This document shows positions 14,300 through 26,500 of a stretch of DNA of 64,000 bases, one piece after another. Numbering within the stretch: position 1 is the stretch's first letter; each line of letters begins with the position of its first letter. This DNA comes from Schmidtea polychroa (Eukaryota): assembly GCA_044892525.1 (NCBI GenBank), contig CM097885.1, positions 36,334,001 to 36,398,000 of the forward strand, read 5' to 3'. Under the pieces are notes generated by a model. That model was not told where the DNA came from. It did not search any database and saw only the letters and a program-made list of their open reading frames with translations. The position numbers and the translations under genes were made by a program.

Positions 14300-16080
14300 A
14301 TAGTCCTTGTCAATCTCCATTCAAAAAAACCATTCTCACATTTATTTATCGTATAATCGAATCAAGGATCATAAAATGTCTCACATCATATAGTTTTAGT
14401 CTCGATTTATGATTGAATTAATAATATTTGAATATTGCATTTTTTAATTTTTTGTGCTGAGGGATTCTAGGAGGTTTACGATGGATAAATACCTTGAGTA
14501 TTTACTTTGGTGGGGTCTTCGAGAGTCTCCGGTACCAGTCGGTTGGATCTGTCAGGCCCGGGTTCGTCACTGACAGCGTATTAGAACTAAAAATTTCATC
14601 TAGAGAAGAGTTGCAGGAATTGAGAGTTCATGATTCCACTGACCCGCATTAATTGTCATAAGCGGAACGATGTCGACGATTGACTTGTCAGAGATGGATG
14701 GATGAGCTCGATAGGCCATATTAGAAAATGAGATCGAATTATTATTATTTTCAAGAATAGCGGACGAGAGATTTCCAAGCGATAGTTTGAGGATAGTCAC
14801 AGACCAAAGATTTGTCATCTTCTCAATTCTTCGATAGTTGTGACATAAACTACAAGCGACAGGACCTAAGATAACTTCATCATCTGACGTCGATAGCATA
14901 CACTAGGATTGTATGCGTTCATTTAGTTAAAAGCCCAGCAAGAAATTCCCATAGAGAAAATTAAGAAATACGTTTGCTGTATAACCACTACAACACTAAA
15001 TTTCTCATAGTCCTATCAGACGATCATTCGATAAATTTTCCATCTCGAACATGGTATAGATAAAAATCCAACGTATTATTCGCATAAACACACGACATCG
15101 GCAACTCCAACATGACACCGGTTTTCGCAGAAATAATCGTTAACGTTGAGGTTCAGCGCGTCGCATCTACATGTTTATGACATGCGGAAAAGATGTAAAC
15201 ACCAGAAATGTCATGAAGTAATGTATCAGTCGCGAGAACGAGGTAGATTAGTAATAAACAATTGATTTTCACTGAATGTATTTCCAATGCCAATGTGGAG
15301 ATAACATCAACATCCGCCAGGCAGGATGCTATTTTTCTAAAGCCACGAATAATGAACAAAACCAAATGTTCACGGTTATATTTGCATTAGTGTCAATTAT
15401 TTCCTACTTTGAATAGGCTGTAACTCATCGAAGTCGATATATTCCTTTAATATTCCTTTCTGACTCCTCGATTCATCTTATAATTCTTTTCTTCTTTTAT
15501 TTTATTCCTCGAAATCATATCGTCTACATAAGGCTACTGCCGATTATGTCAATTTTGAGTTCCTTTATATATTCCCATAATCATTGTAATTGCCCCATTT
15601 TTTACCTAATTGGTTTTGACTTCTTTGGTTATCATTCCCTAATTAGCTATTTCTGTTGACCCTCTTCGTAATTCCCCTTCTTTTGTTTACCCTCGTTTAT
15701 CGGTTGTTTGGATAATTGCCCTCTGAATTCCTCGTTTGTTTACCCTTCCAAATTACTGTGCTCGGGTTTTCTTCATCACTCGGGTTCTCCATTGGCTCGG
15801 GTTTCCCATTAGCCAATTAATTAATTAATTAACATTTTACGTTTTCTCACATTTGTCTGTTTTACGACCCTTTCTAAATATTTTCTAACAATTTCTTGCT
15901 CACTGTCTTCTTCACCATTCCCTAATCTACCTCTCTCCGTTTTCCAGCTTCAATTTCAATAACTTTTCACTTTATTCCACTTCCTCAGGTTTGCGCATTT
16001 TTCCATTTCATGCCTGATTGTACCCTTTTATAGTTCTGTTTTTTTCATATCTTTCTTTGTCATTGGTTCTCTGCTTGACC
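14300..16080 (-). mobile_element. Heavily decayed Ty3/gypsy-like gag-pol relic
   Basis: Minus-strand fragments resemble the protease region (LEIHSVKINCLL) and the pre-RT linker (HRKPPRIPQH), with a purine-rich gag-like stretch upstream. No intact motifs or LTRs found. Confidence 0.35.
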
Positions 16081-16164
16081 GCCATTCAATTTCGGTTTTT
16101 CTTTTAATCCGAACTATATAATTTAATAATTTACTTTTAAAACCTCAACATTATTATAGGTGAA

Positions 16165-16560
16165 ATGGAAGGTGAATCGCAAAAAGGAAAGAATATGATA
16201 GTTATTAATGGTTACTTAATGATCAAAAAGAAATGCAGGAATGACTTTTTTTATTTGGAGTGTAAACATCAAAACCATTCAGCAAGAGGAAACAGGCTGA
16301 AGGCTTTTGTAAAGCACGGAAATCAACTGTATGCACAAATGGTCAACATACCTTAAGAAAGAACAGCGAGCATAACCATGCTCCAAAATCAACTGATACA
16401 ATTATTTCTGAAAAGTAACAATAATGAAAAGGATTGCTGCAATAATTCAAGAACAACCTGCTCAAATTATTCAAGCGGTTGCGTTCGAAATGAGTAATAT
16501 GGAATTGCATGAAATAAATGACATACCAAGAACTCAAAATAAAGTGGAGGGTTGGTGTTA
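16165..16560 (+). pseudogene. FLYWCH zinc-finger fragment, probably a MULE/Mutator transposase relic
   Basis: SQKGKNMIVINGYLMIKKKCRNDFFYLECKH, followed after a frameshift by SEHNHAP: FLYWCH pattern. Confidence 0.65.
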
Positions 16561-17083
16561 GAGCTGTCAATTTCCTATATTGTTCAGGATGTGCTATTTT
16601 TAATTATTGGTTATTTATTTATTTGATGATTCGTGCTGTGTAAGGAAAGTTGTAGAACCCAGCCGAGTCTCCTTTAAATGAAACTGTCTTGGGACAGCTG
16701 GGGTGAATGTATGTACTGAAAAATAAAAAAATACTTAATTAAAAATGAAAAGTAAAACCTTAGTTATTGGTTCTGTGGTATCCAATTATTGTATCTAATG
16801 GTTTTAGATTATCCGCTCGGATTTGAGTGGGTAAATAGTTTGATACAAGATTAGAATTTGTTTCCCGAACTTATTTTCCTAATAGTTTTGGTTGAGATTT
16901 CTTCTGGCTCTTTAGTTCGATTGACACTGGTTAGATACAAGATTATAATTTACATTCTAAACTTGTTTTCCGAATAGTTTAGGTTGAGTTTTGGCTTGAA
17001 ATAATAATTAACAATTTTTTTATGGATTTTTTTTTGTAATCCATTTTCTATAGAGATAATTTACTATGGTAAATTATCGCTAT

Positions 17084-18745
17084 TGTTGGTTACTTAGGGG
17101 TGTGTCCTTTTTACAATTTAAAATACGTTAGGGGTAATCATAATCGTTCGACTCTTTCCTAAGCACCTCCATGACTATTGCAATTTAAACCATTTGTGTA
17201 CCCATGGCGACGACCATGTTGGTACTGTACACAAAGGTGAAAAAACAATGAGCAGGTGAGCTCTATTACTAAAACTACTCCCCATTGGATTTTCTTTTCG
17301 GGTTCTAGACTGCCGATAGAAGGTCTTACATCCTTATTCACTATATATGCTATTTTTGGATCGATGTTGGTCCTCAATTACGGGTATTTTTAATTGTTCT
17401 CTTATAAAATTTTGTGCAGGGATCCGTCCTTATTTCCCAGCTAGTAATTATTGGTCTACACTTCCTACAATATTTAAATTATCCTTTGAAAAATTTGCGC
17501 AGGGATTGGCCCTTATTTTCAAGTTAATCCACACTTGCCATAATATTTAAATTGTTCTTCAAAGATTTTGAGCAGGGATCTGCCTGTGTTTCTAATCCTG
17601 AGCTGTCGGAAAAATTACATAAATCTAACTTTATCCATCTTCAACTGGTCTCAACTATTCCATCTTTACTCCTAACTCACTTATGTCTATAAAACATAAA
17701 GGCGACTAAGCCACCTACATCATCTAAATCTAAATAAAATCCTAAACGACCTAAAATGACATTACACTCCCAAATCATTCCTATCACTATCACTGTCCTC
17801 TAACTCGATGGACTCAACCGGCGAAATATCTGCCGACCAACAGCACGTAGTGCCGCCCGTCCACAAACTTTTCCCCAGCCCAGACCATCGACGCAATCAA
17901 CAAATAATATAATTGAATTCAATAAAAACTATGATTTAGAATAAATGAATTTAAACCATTAAAAAGGATCACTAAAGAAAATTTAACCGAAACATTAATA
18001 GCATATAAAATTTATTAATTAAAATACTCCATAAAAATTACAGAAAACAATAACAAATAAATTACCACATCCACGTTGGCATAAAATCGAAACTGAGAGT
18101 TCTGCAAATTAAGTGGCTATGTTGGAAAAAGTGAGAGAGTGTGTTTTTCAATTGAATTTGTGATCAGTATTTATACTGATTTTGAATGCGTACTCTATCC
18201 AATCAGAGTGCGAGAATTATTGAATTGATTTTGCACACATGCATGAATGTGTGTAATTATTTATTTGTTTTAATTTCATAAATTTAATTAATTTCTTATT
18301 TAATTTTTATTAATTTTAATTTTACAAATTTTATAATTTAACTAATTTGAGTTATATTAATTTTTATGAATTTAAACATTTTTATTCTTTAAATTTAATA
18401 AGTTAAATAACCATTTAATTCTATAAACTTTACAATATACATAATGCTAATTAATTTTATTATTTTTGACGATTTAATTTTTATATTGTTTAAATAATTT
18501 TCAACTAATTCCATTTTCTATTTTATTATTTTTCTATTTAAATTTTTAAGTGTTGAATTTTCTGTTAAATTTATTTATCTCTTTATTCTATTATACGGGG
18601 TTTATTGATTCTTAATGTGTAATGTAGTTTATTTTATTTATTTTAAATTAAACCTTGGTCATAAATTTTTTCAACTTTGCGGTTTTTGTGTTAGGTATTT
18701 TCGATCGATTAAAACAAACTCTCAGTTCTCGTTTTCAGCCCAACA
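17084..18745 (-). repeat. 3' LTR of the Gag-only element (1662 bp)
   Basis: Near-identical to 30040-31701; the ORF track shows the same two short ORFs at a 12956-bp offset. Confidence 0.95.
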
Positions 18746-19773
18746 AATCACTCCGGGACCCGTTAAAATTGCGTCCCGCAATTCTGTTAGACATATGAAT
18801 TTCCTAGGCCATAGTCTATTACATTCCCATTAACCTATAAACATACTATAATAGTTTAAGACATGTTAGAATTCAATTAGCAGAAAAAGGTCTAAGCTCA
18901 AATTCAAGCAGTTGCCACATACAGTGACTGGTCATAATACACATACATACTGATACAGTGTCCAAACTCAAGTACGAGTCATATGCAAAAGTTTTATTTC
19001 TGGATCAATTCTTCAGTTGGTTGTTTCTTATCTTTTCTGGGTTCGGTTTTCAATCTTTCGGCTGGGTTTTGTAGGCATGTTTGATTCCTGTTGTTGATTT
19101 TCATAATTAGCTCGTAATACTTACTGAAGATCATAGGATTCTCTCTATCGGGGTTTGACTGTTTTCCCATATTCTCTTTGGATTTTTAGGTTGGGATTCT
19201 GATTTTCTGGATCATTTGATGGTATTGACGGACCTTGCTCCAGGGTTTTCGGAACTTTTGTTCAACTGGGTGATTTGACACATTGATTTTTCTTTTGGTT
19301 TTTCTTGGTGGTTTTGTTTACGGTATTGCTCTTATTAAGGGGTTTTCTTCCTCTAGTGGGTAACTTGAATTATTTTCGATTTTGGTCTAAGTTCGCTTGA
19401 TTTGATTAAGTTTCTAATGTCACTGGGTCTGTGACTTTCGTCTCATTTATCAGGATCTTTTGCCGTTCTTTGTTTAGGGGTTCCAAATTAGGTATTATTT
19501 TTAGATATTCGTTTAACTCATTCTTTCTAGGTTTGCATCTTTATCTTTCTTCTGGATTTATATTCTTTCTTCTCATTTGAGCCTCTGTTCTCCTTTACCA
19601 TTGTAAGGGTTCAAATTTTGTATTTTTCCCAACTGATTACTTGATCCATTTCTATTTATACATCGATCTTTTGCCACATTATACATCAATTTATACCTAT
19701 ACATCTAGTACATTTAGTTTGCTATTTATACATCAATTTTTACATATGTTCACTTCCTTTTTACTATTTTCAT

Positions 19774-22335
19774 CTACACTTCCTCTTTAATTTCCACTAC
19801 ATCCTTTGGACTACCCTTCTGCTTTTCTTTGGCTGTCATCATTTGTGTCTCTTCTGCCATATCTTTACATTTTTCTTGATTACTCGTTATTTCATTGATT
19901 CTTAATTCGGCTGACCTTGCTTCTTCTTTTAGTCGGAGTATAGTTGTCTTGAGTACTTCATTTTCTCTTGTTCTGTTTTCTGCAACCTTTCTCCATATCA
20001 TTATCAATTCATCCTGTCTCGTTTCTTTTACAACTAGTTCCATTATTAACCTGCACTGTTCCACACATTGTCTCCTCAATTCCTCGTATGCGTTGGGTTT
20101 CACCTGTTCCTTCACGTCATTTGTCCGTCTCTGTACATTTGTCGACTGTTGTTTTATTAGCATTGGAGATTGGTGTTTTCTAATTTCTGGCTGATAAATT
20201 CTGTTTTCGACATATTTTTTATTGTTCTGTTCTGTGACGTATTCTCGTGACTGATCTCTCACTGGGTTTGTCCCATTCGGACAGTTATTGACTAAATGTC
20301 CAGTTCTTTTACATTCGTAACACCTCTTTATGCGGCGATATTTATTTTTTCTGTGCTCATTTTTCTGATAATTTCCATACGTCTTATCGAAGAACCGATA
20401 GCGCTCATTGTGTCCTTGTGGTTGGTATTTGTTCCAGTAATTGTTTGTACTCGCGTCCCATTCGATATCTGGTTCGCACCCGCTTTCAATTTTTAACGTG
20501 TTTATGTCAAGGTACTTTTCTTGCGTTTTTTCATTATTTCGTTTTTCGTGATTTTCGCCATTCTTCGATTCGCGCTTTTCCGGGATTACTGCAATTCCAA
20601 CCTGACTATCGATGCCGGTATAATCTCTCTGATTGTCCTCAAATGTTTTGATGTTTTGATGGTCTAATATTACCTGTTCCAGTTTTTCAATTATTTCGCT
20701 TTCGATCCTTGAGTCCGGAATTTTTTGTAAATCTATTTCGTTGCTCGTTATCATTCTCATCATATTGATTTGTATTACTCTTTTTTGTTCTCTTTCCCAT
20801 ATTCCTTTTATCTTTTCCCTCTGGTTGTCGTTGGTGGTTAGTCTCATTATATCCAATTTTAAAAGTTCTTCCTTTCTCGTTCTCCAATATTTTTCTTCTC
20901 TTCTTGCCTGAGGTTCTTTTCGTTTACTCCATCTTTCTTCCGCTTCTCGTGCTTCCGCGATCTGTAAGGTATTCCATTCTCGTTGTTGTTTTGTTCGGAT
21001 ATTTTGAATTTGTAATGTGCCTCCCACACATTGTAATACATTTATTCTTGATTGTTGTTTTCCTTCCGCTTGAAACTGATAATCGATCATGTTACTGCAC
21101 AGTCCTGTGAGAATTGTTATTTGATTTTGCATTTCAGCTAGTTGCTTTGCTGACGTATCCCTATTGTCACTCCGTTGTTGGTTTCTTTTATTCGTACATG
21201 CAACTGCTAGATGGTCTCCTTGTCCGCACGAGAAACATTTTTTGGATACTCCACATCTTACTGCGGTATGTCCTTTCTTACCGCAATTCCAACATCTTCT
21301 TTGCCCATGACATTCATCGAGCCAGTGTCCTTGCCTCTTGCAGTTATTACAAAACTTTCCAATGTTTCCATTATTCGACCTCTTGCTTTTGTTGTCATTT
21401 TCGTTTCTTCGATTATTGTTGTTATGACTCCACTGTCTGTGGTGCTGGGGTTGATTATCTGCGATAGGCCTCCTACTTGGTGGTTGTGTTACTTTGGTAT
21501 ACATTTCGCTTACATTCGCTGCCTCTACTGCTTCGTCCAGCGTCTTGCAGATTTTGCATCCGACTACACCTTTAATGTCATCTCGTCGCAATCCTTTTAC
21601 AAATTGGGTTACTAGTTGTGTTTCCATATCCTTTTCACTGAACAGCGGTTTGGCTAGACGTCTTAGTGCGCTGGCGTAAAGTATATTTGATTCATTCACT
21701 GCTTGTCCTCGATTGAAGAATTCTAGAAATTTGTATTGTGCATCTTTTGCTTCTCCAAATGTTTTTATCAGAGCTTCCTTAATTTCTTTCCAGGTTTTTA
21801 GTGGGGTTGTACACTCTTTTATTCCGACGTACCAATTAAACGCGTCATCTGCTAGATATAGTGGGAGTCTTCTCACTATCATTTCGTTTGTCCATTTTAG
21901 AGCATCGCAATAAGATTCAAAATGTTGGATAAAGTTTGATAGTTTGTTCGGTTTTCCGTCGTATTTTTCGCCATTATATTTTCCCTGGAAATTGGGTATC
22001 TCCATTTCACTGAGTCTCTTGTTGATCGCTTCCATTTGGGCTGTTGTATCTACCATCTCTAATTGTATTCTTTTTCCGTTTGTCTTTTCTTTTATTAGGT
22101 TTATGTCACTTTTATTATTTCTGTTTTCAGATAGAGTTTTTCCTTCCTGAGGTTCTGATACGCGTATTACGCTTCTTGGCCTATTGTTTTCGAAATCCTT
22201 TTCACTGCTTCCTTTTATGGATCGACCTTTGGTCTTTGAGATGTCTTTTTGATTTTGCTTTTCGATTTCTTGTGCTTGCGTGGGTTTAATAGTTCGTCTT
22301 CCTTTCTTTGCAACTTTTAATTCTTCTTCTTTCAA
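19774..22335 (-). CDS. Retrotransposon Gag-like protein (capsid-like region + four CCHC zinc knuckles + coiled-coil tail); first ATG at 22056
   Basis: KYDGKPNKLSNFIQHFE..W...LPLYLADDAFNWY...W..IK..L...F (gag capsid pattern). Knuckles CNNCKRQGHWLDEC, CWNCGKKGHTAVRC, CFSCGQGDHLAVAC and a distant CYECKRTGHLVNNC. Confidence 0.88.
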   Translation of the reverse strand: MKEEELKVAKKGRRTIKPTQAQEIEKQNQKDISKTKGRSIKGSSEKDFENNRPRSVIRVSEPQEGKTLSENRNNKSDINLIKEKTNGKRIQLEMVDTTAQMEAINKRLSEMEIPNFQGKYNGEKYDGKPNKLSNFIQHFESYCDALKWTNEMIVRRLPLYLADDAFNWYVGIKECTTPLKTWKEIKEALIKTFGEAKDAQYKFLEFFNRGQAVNESNILYASALRRLAKPLFSEKDMETQLVTQFVKGLRRDDIKGVVGCKICKTLDEAVEAANVSEMYTKVTQPPSRRPIADNQPQHHRQWSHNNNNRRNENDNKSKRSNNGNIGKFCNNCKRQGHWLDECHGQRRCWNCGKKGHTAVRCGVSKKCFSCGQGDHLAVACTNKRNQQRSDNRDTSAKQLAEMQNQITILTGLCSNMIDYQFQAEGKQQSRINVLQCVGGTLQIQNIRTKQQREWNTLQIAEAREAEERWSKRKEPQARREEKYWRTRKEELLKLDIMRLTTNDNQREKIKGIWEREQKRVIQINMMRMITSNEIDLQKIPDSRIESEIIEKLEQVILDHQNIKTFEDNQRDYTGIDSQVGIAVIPEKRESKNGENHEKRNNEKTQEKYLDINTLKIESGCEPDIEWDASTNNYWNKYQPQGHNERYRFFDKTYGNYQKNEHRKNKYRRIKRCYECKRTGHLVNNCPNGTNPVRDQSREYVTEQNNKKYVENRIYQPEIRKHQSPMLIKQQSTNVQRRTNDVKEQVKPNAYEELRRQCVEQCRLIMELVVKETRQDELIMIWRKVAENRTRENEVLKTTILRLKEEARSAELRINEITSNQEKCKDMAEETQMMTAKEKQKGSPKDVVEIKEEV

Positions 22336-23294
22336 TAAACTTGGTTCTATTATTAACTGTTTTGATCTGGTATGCTTTGTTATTGGTTCAATATTTCCGA
22401 ACTTGGCTTAATTGTTTGACAATAACTTCTAGTTGGTTGCTGATACTTGGCTGTTGGCTTGATTGATTGATTTACCTGAATAGAAAAATATCACTTCTCC
22501 CTATCGTTTATTATATTTATAAATTGTAATATATATATTATATAGTGCAATTGCAATATTTTTACTTTGGTTTCTTTGGGTGCCGGCATATCTTAATATT
22601 CATTTCGTCGTTAGTTTTGTTTACACATTGGTTCTCAAATTCCTACGTAATTTTTTCGATCCTTCTTATTTAATTCACACTCCTTTTCTTCGTTTCTATA
22701 GTTTTCTCTACTTTAACTGTCTTTTTTCCTTGGCTTATCTCTATCTATTGACTTACATTACTTGTATTCTTGTTTCTATCTTAGTTTTCTTCATTGATGT
22801 AGTCTTTATTCTGTTCATGTTTGTTTCCGATTTTTATAATTTCCTCCGTTTACCTTATTGGTCGTCCTTTATATCTCTCTTTTTCCATTATCGTTACCAA
22901 TTTTTAGACTTATTTATTATTCTTGACTCGGTTCTCCATTATTCATTCTATATTCTCATCTATTCTCCTACACGGTTGTCTATTTTCAATTCGTTTTTCG
23001 TCTTTTTCCTTCACGATCTTATTTATTTTCAGTTATATATCTGTCAATGACTTCGGCTGTATTCTCATTTATATTCCCGTCTATGTTTCTTTCTAGGTAC
23101 TCATCTATATTTACGTCTGTTATTTCCGTTTATTATTCGTAGTTATTATTCTCGTTTATATTCGCGTCTATGTTTCTTTCCAGGTACTCATCTATATTCT
23201 CGTTTATCTTTCCTTTTACATTCTCGTCTATATTCACGTCTGTTATTTCCGTTCCTATTCGTAGCCATTATTCTCATTTATATTCGTATCTCTT

Positions 23295-23554
23295 ATTCGC
23301 ATCTATTATTTGCATCTATTATTCGCATCTATTATTCGCATCTATTATTCGCATCTATTATTCGCATCTATTATTCGCATCTATTATTCGCATCTATTAT
23401 TCGCATCTATTATTCGCATCTATTATTCGCATCTATTATTCGCATCTATTATTCGCATCTATTATTCGCATCTATTATTCGCATCTATTATTCGCATCTA
23501 TTATTCGCATCTATTATTCGCATCTATTATTCGCATCTATTATTCGCACCTATT
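23295..23554. repeat. 13-bp minisatellite (ATTCGCATCTATT) x20 inside the LTR element
   Basis: Direct reading. Near-perfect units; degenerate copies extend left to ~23060. Confidence 0.95.
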
Positions 23555-26500
23555 ATTCGTCTACTGGTTATCTTATGAATTTAGTCTTTAAGCTCTAATT
23601 GTTTCTCTTTACTTCGCTTTGTCTTTTTCCAGTTACTTGGTCTTCCTTTTTTTTCTCCTGCATGCTTCTTTTTACTACTGTTCCAGGTTTTCCCCACTCT
23701 CCTGACTCTGGATGCGAAACACTCGCACTGGTCGATCTCCGATCGTGTGGTGATCAGTCACACGCAGAGATGTTCCAGTATATGCGATGGGCCCTGTTCC
23801 ACATCTTTCGCCAGAACAGTTGGTACTTTCCTGGTCTTATCCGTACTACGCTGAGCGTAGCTCATAGGTTGTGGATGTCCTAAATCCTAACAGAAAAAAT
23901 TTCCTTATTCATTTGCTCTCAATTTTCGTAATACTTTATTCTCATTTTTACGTCGTGCTCTTAATCTACTTATCTCGATTACTCTTGGTCCTTCTTCATT
24001 ATTCTAAATATATCCACGTCTCTTGTCTAGTTAACGTCTTATTGCTATCGCTTTTACTCTTACCGCTTTGGTTGACTTGTTTCTCGTTAATATGCTCACT
24101 TTTTCCTCAGGCAGATCCCTCTCGTATTACTCGTAATATTAGTTTCTCCATTTTATTCGTTACCCTTCTATTCGTTAATGGTTTATTTACGAAACATCCC
24201 TGCTCAATTTTGTAATTTATCGCTTCCGTATTTGTATATTTTCCTCAGCTTTGATTTTTTTTTTTTTTTTTTTTTTTTTAATGTGACCTCTCACTGATTT
24301 CCCCGTCATAATGTTTCTCATTTCGTATATTTTACTTTTTCAAAATTTGTTTGTTGTTTTTCTGTTTATGGGCCTCGTTGTTCCACTCCCTGTATTTTAT
24401 ATTTTTACTTATTTCCGCATCTATTTGCTATTTTACTTTTGGCGCGTAACTTTGATTGGTCATTTATTTTCATTATCTCATTTAATTGTTTATCTATGTC
24501 TACATATACACGCATATACTTATACATATACCCTTATCCATAAACATATATTCATATACATATATCCACCTATATCTGGATATCTACATCTGTACGCATT
24601 TCTCCCTAGCTGTTCCCGGAGTGGTTGATATTATTGTTTCTATTATTTCTGAATTTATTCAAATTTATCATTGAAATTCCCACGATTGTATCTTTTTGTT
24701 TCGTAATAAAAGTAGACAGTCCGTTCGTTTTTCATTATTGTAACTTTTTGCTCCATAGTAAAAGTAGGCAGTATGTTCGTTTTCCATAACTAAAACTTTT
24801 GTTCAATGTTTCTAATTGGTCTCATTTTTGTTAGTGTCTCTTGTTATTCTAATTTTCCGTGTCATGATGTTAAGCTTTCACTTTTGTTCTATTATATTGT
24901 ATCGCGTTTCATTTTATATTTGTTGTTTCTCGTAATTTTGATTTTTCATTCAAATGTCTTTGACCTTGCTTTCTTTCTGTGAATTTGTTACTTATTGTTT
25001 CCTGTTTGTTCATTTTGTTTTGTGTTTTCCTTGTCATTTTTATCGTGTTTATTTATTCACATTCTATTTTGATATATGTGCGCTCTTCATTTTCTGTCAA
25101 TCATGTTTTTGTATAATTTTTCCCGATTGTTCCTATTATTGCTCATGTCCATTTTGACTTTCATATTGGTCTCCCGTTTGTTGTTATCTTAGTTTGTAGT
25201 TTGTTCTCATTTTCCTCCGCGTCTTCGCCAAATGTCGTCCCCGACATTCATTATTTGATTTATTTATTATCTTGTGTTCTCTCGGTTCTCACTATTTTGT
25301 TCTCGTGTCCTCTCTACAATATTTGCCAAACGTCCATTTCTCTGATTGATTTTCCTTACTCTTAAATAAGCGTAGATTTTGATGTTTTGATTTTTCGCAT
25401 TATTTTATCTTTGTTTATGGTGATCGGTCCTCTACTTTTATTATATATCATTTTGGTTGGGGTGTATATACCGATATATGCAATTTTTTATATACGATTA
25501 GTCCTCTTTTTGGCACTCAGTTCTGCCATTACCATCTCTTTTCGATGTTATGACCATACTAATAGTTCGTTGTGTTTTTCTCCTTTACGCAAAATACAGA
25601 TACCGCTTCTGCTCATTCCCCCTCCCTCTCGGAATAGTTTACTCATCATCTTATAACAATTTTCAATGAATACTATGCTGGATTTATTGAACTATTTGTA
25701 CTTCATCTTCAGCTCCCGGCATTTTCCTTTTCCCGTTTCCTTTTCCCGTCTGATATTCTCCGTTACATTCTGACCATATCTTTCTCTCTTTGTTTTCCTA
25801 AGCTTTCTTAGTAGTTCATTTCTTGCATTTGGCTTTATCATTAGAGTTGTTCTATTTCTCTTTACCTTAGTTCAATTTTTCCTCTCTGGTCCTTGATTAT
25901 TCTCTCACGACCAAATTCGTTGTTCAAATTTTCGATTAGATTGTTCCTCCATGAGATTCCTTGCTTCTGTGTAGCTAATGTTATTTACGATAATATGACG
26001 CCTTTCTGCTTCCATATTTCTCCTGTGGCGGTATTGGGATTGATTTCCGTTGTGATCCGTTTCATTCTATTAATTCGCCTACATTGATTCCTAATCTTTT
26101 ATCTGAATTTTACTACATTTTATTTCCCAAAGTTATATACTAATTATACCGCGCTGATATATATATATATATACATATACACACATACACACACATATAT
26201 ACATATATATACACATATATATATACATATATATATTTTTATATAATCATATACCTTTATATATTCATTGTTCACACTATATATAGTCATCACCCTTTCT
26301 ATGTATGTGGGTTCGTAATTCGTGATACTTTCTAGATCTCTCCCCACTGTTCTTAGTTTAGTGTTCTGTACTCTTTCATTTACTGTATATTTCACCCGTC
26401 TGGTTCTAATTGTTTCCAATGCTCTATCGTTGACGTTGGATAATTTTTCATACTTCTTTCCGGTTATTAATATGAGCATCGTACGTATAACTGTCTTGTA

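Noticed and set aside
17159..17550. Duplicated short ORFs (also 30115-30506)
   Set aside because: They lie inside the two LTR copies; identity reflects LTR duplication, not conserved genes.
23170..23598. ORFs with the repeating peptide YYSHLLFASIIRI; possible CRISPR-like array
   Set aside because: These are translations of a 13-bp minisatellite. There are no unique spacers and the context is eukaryotic.
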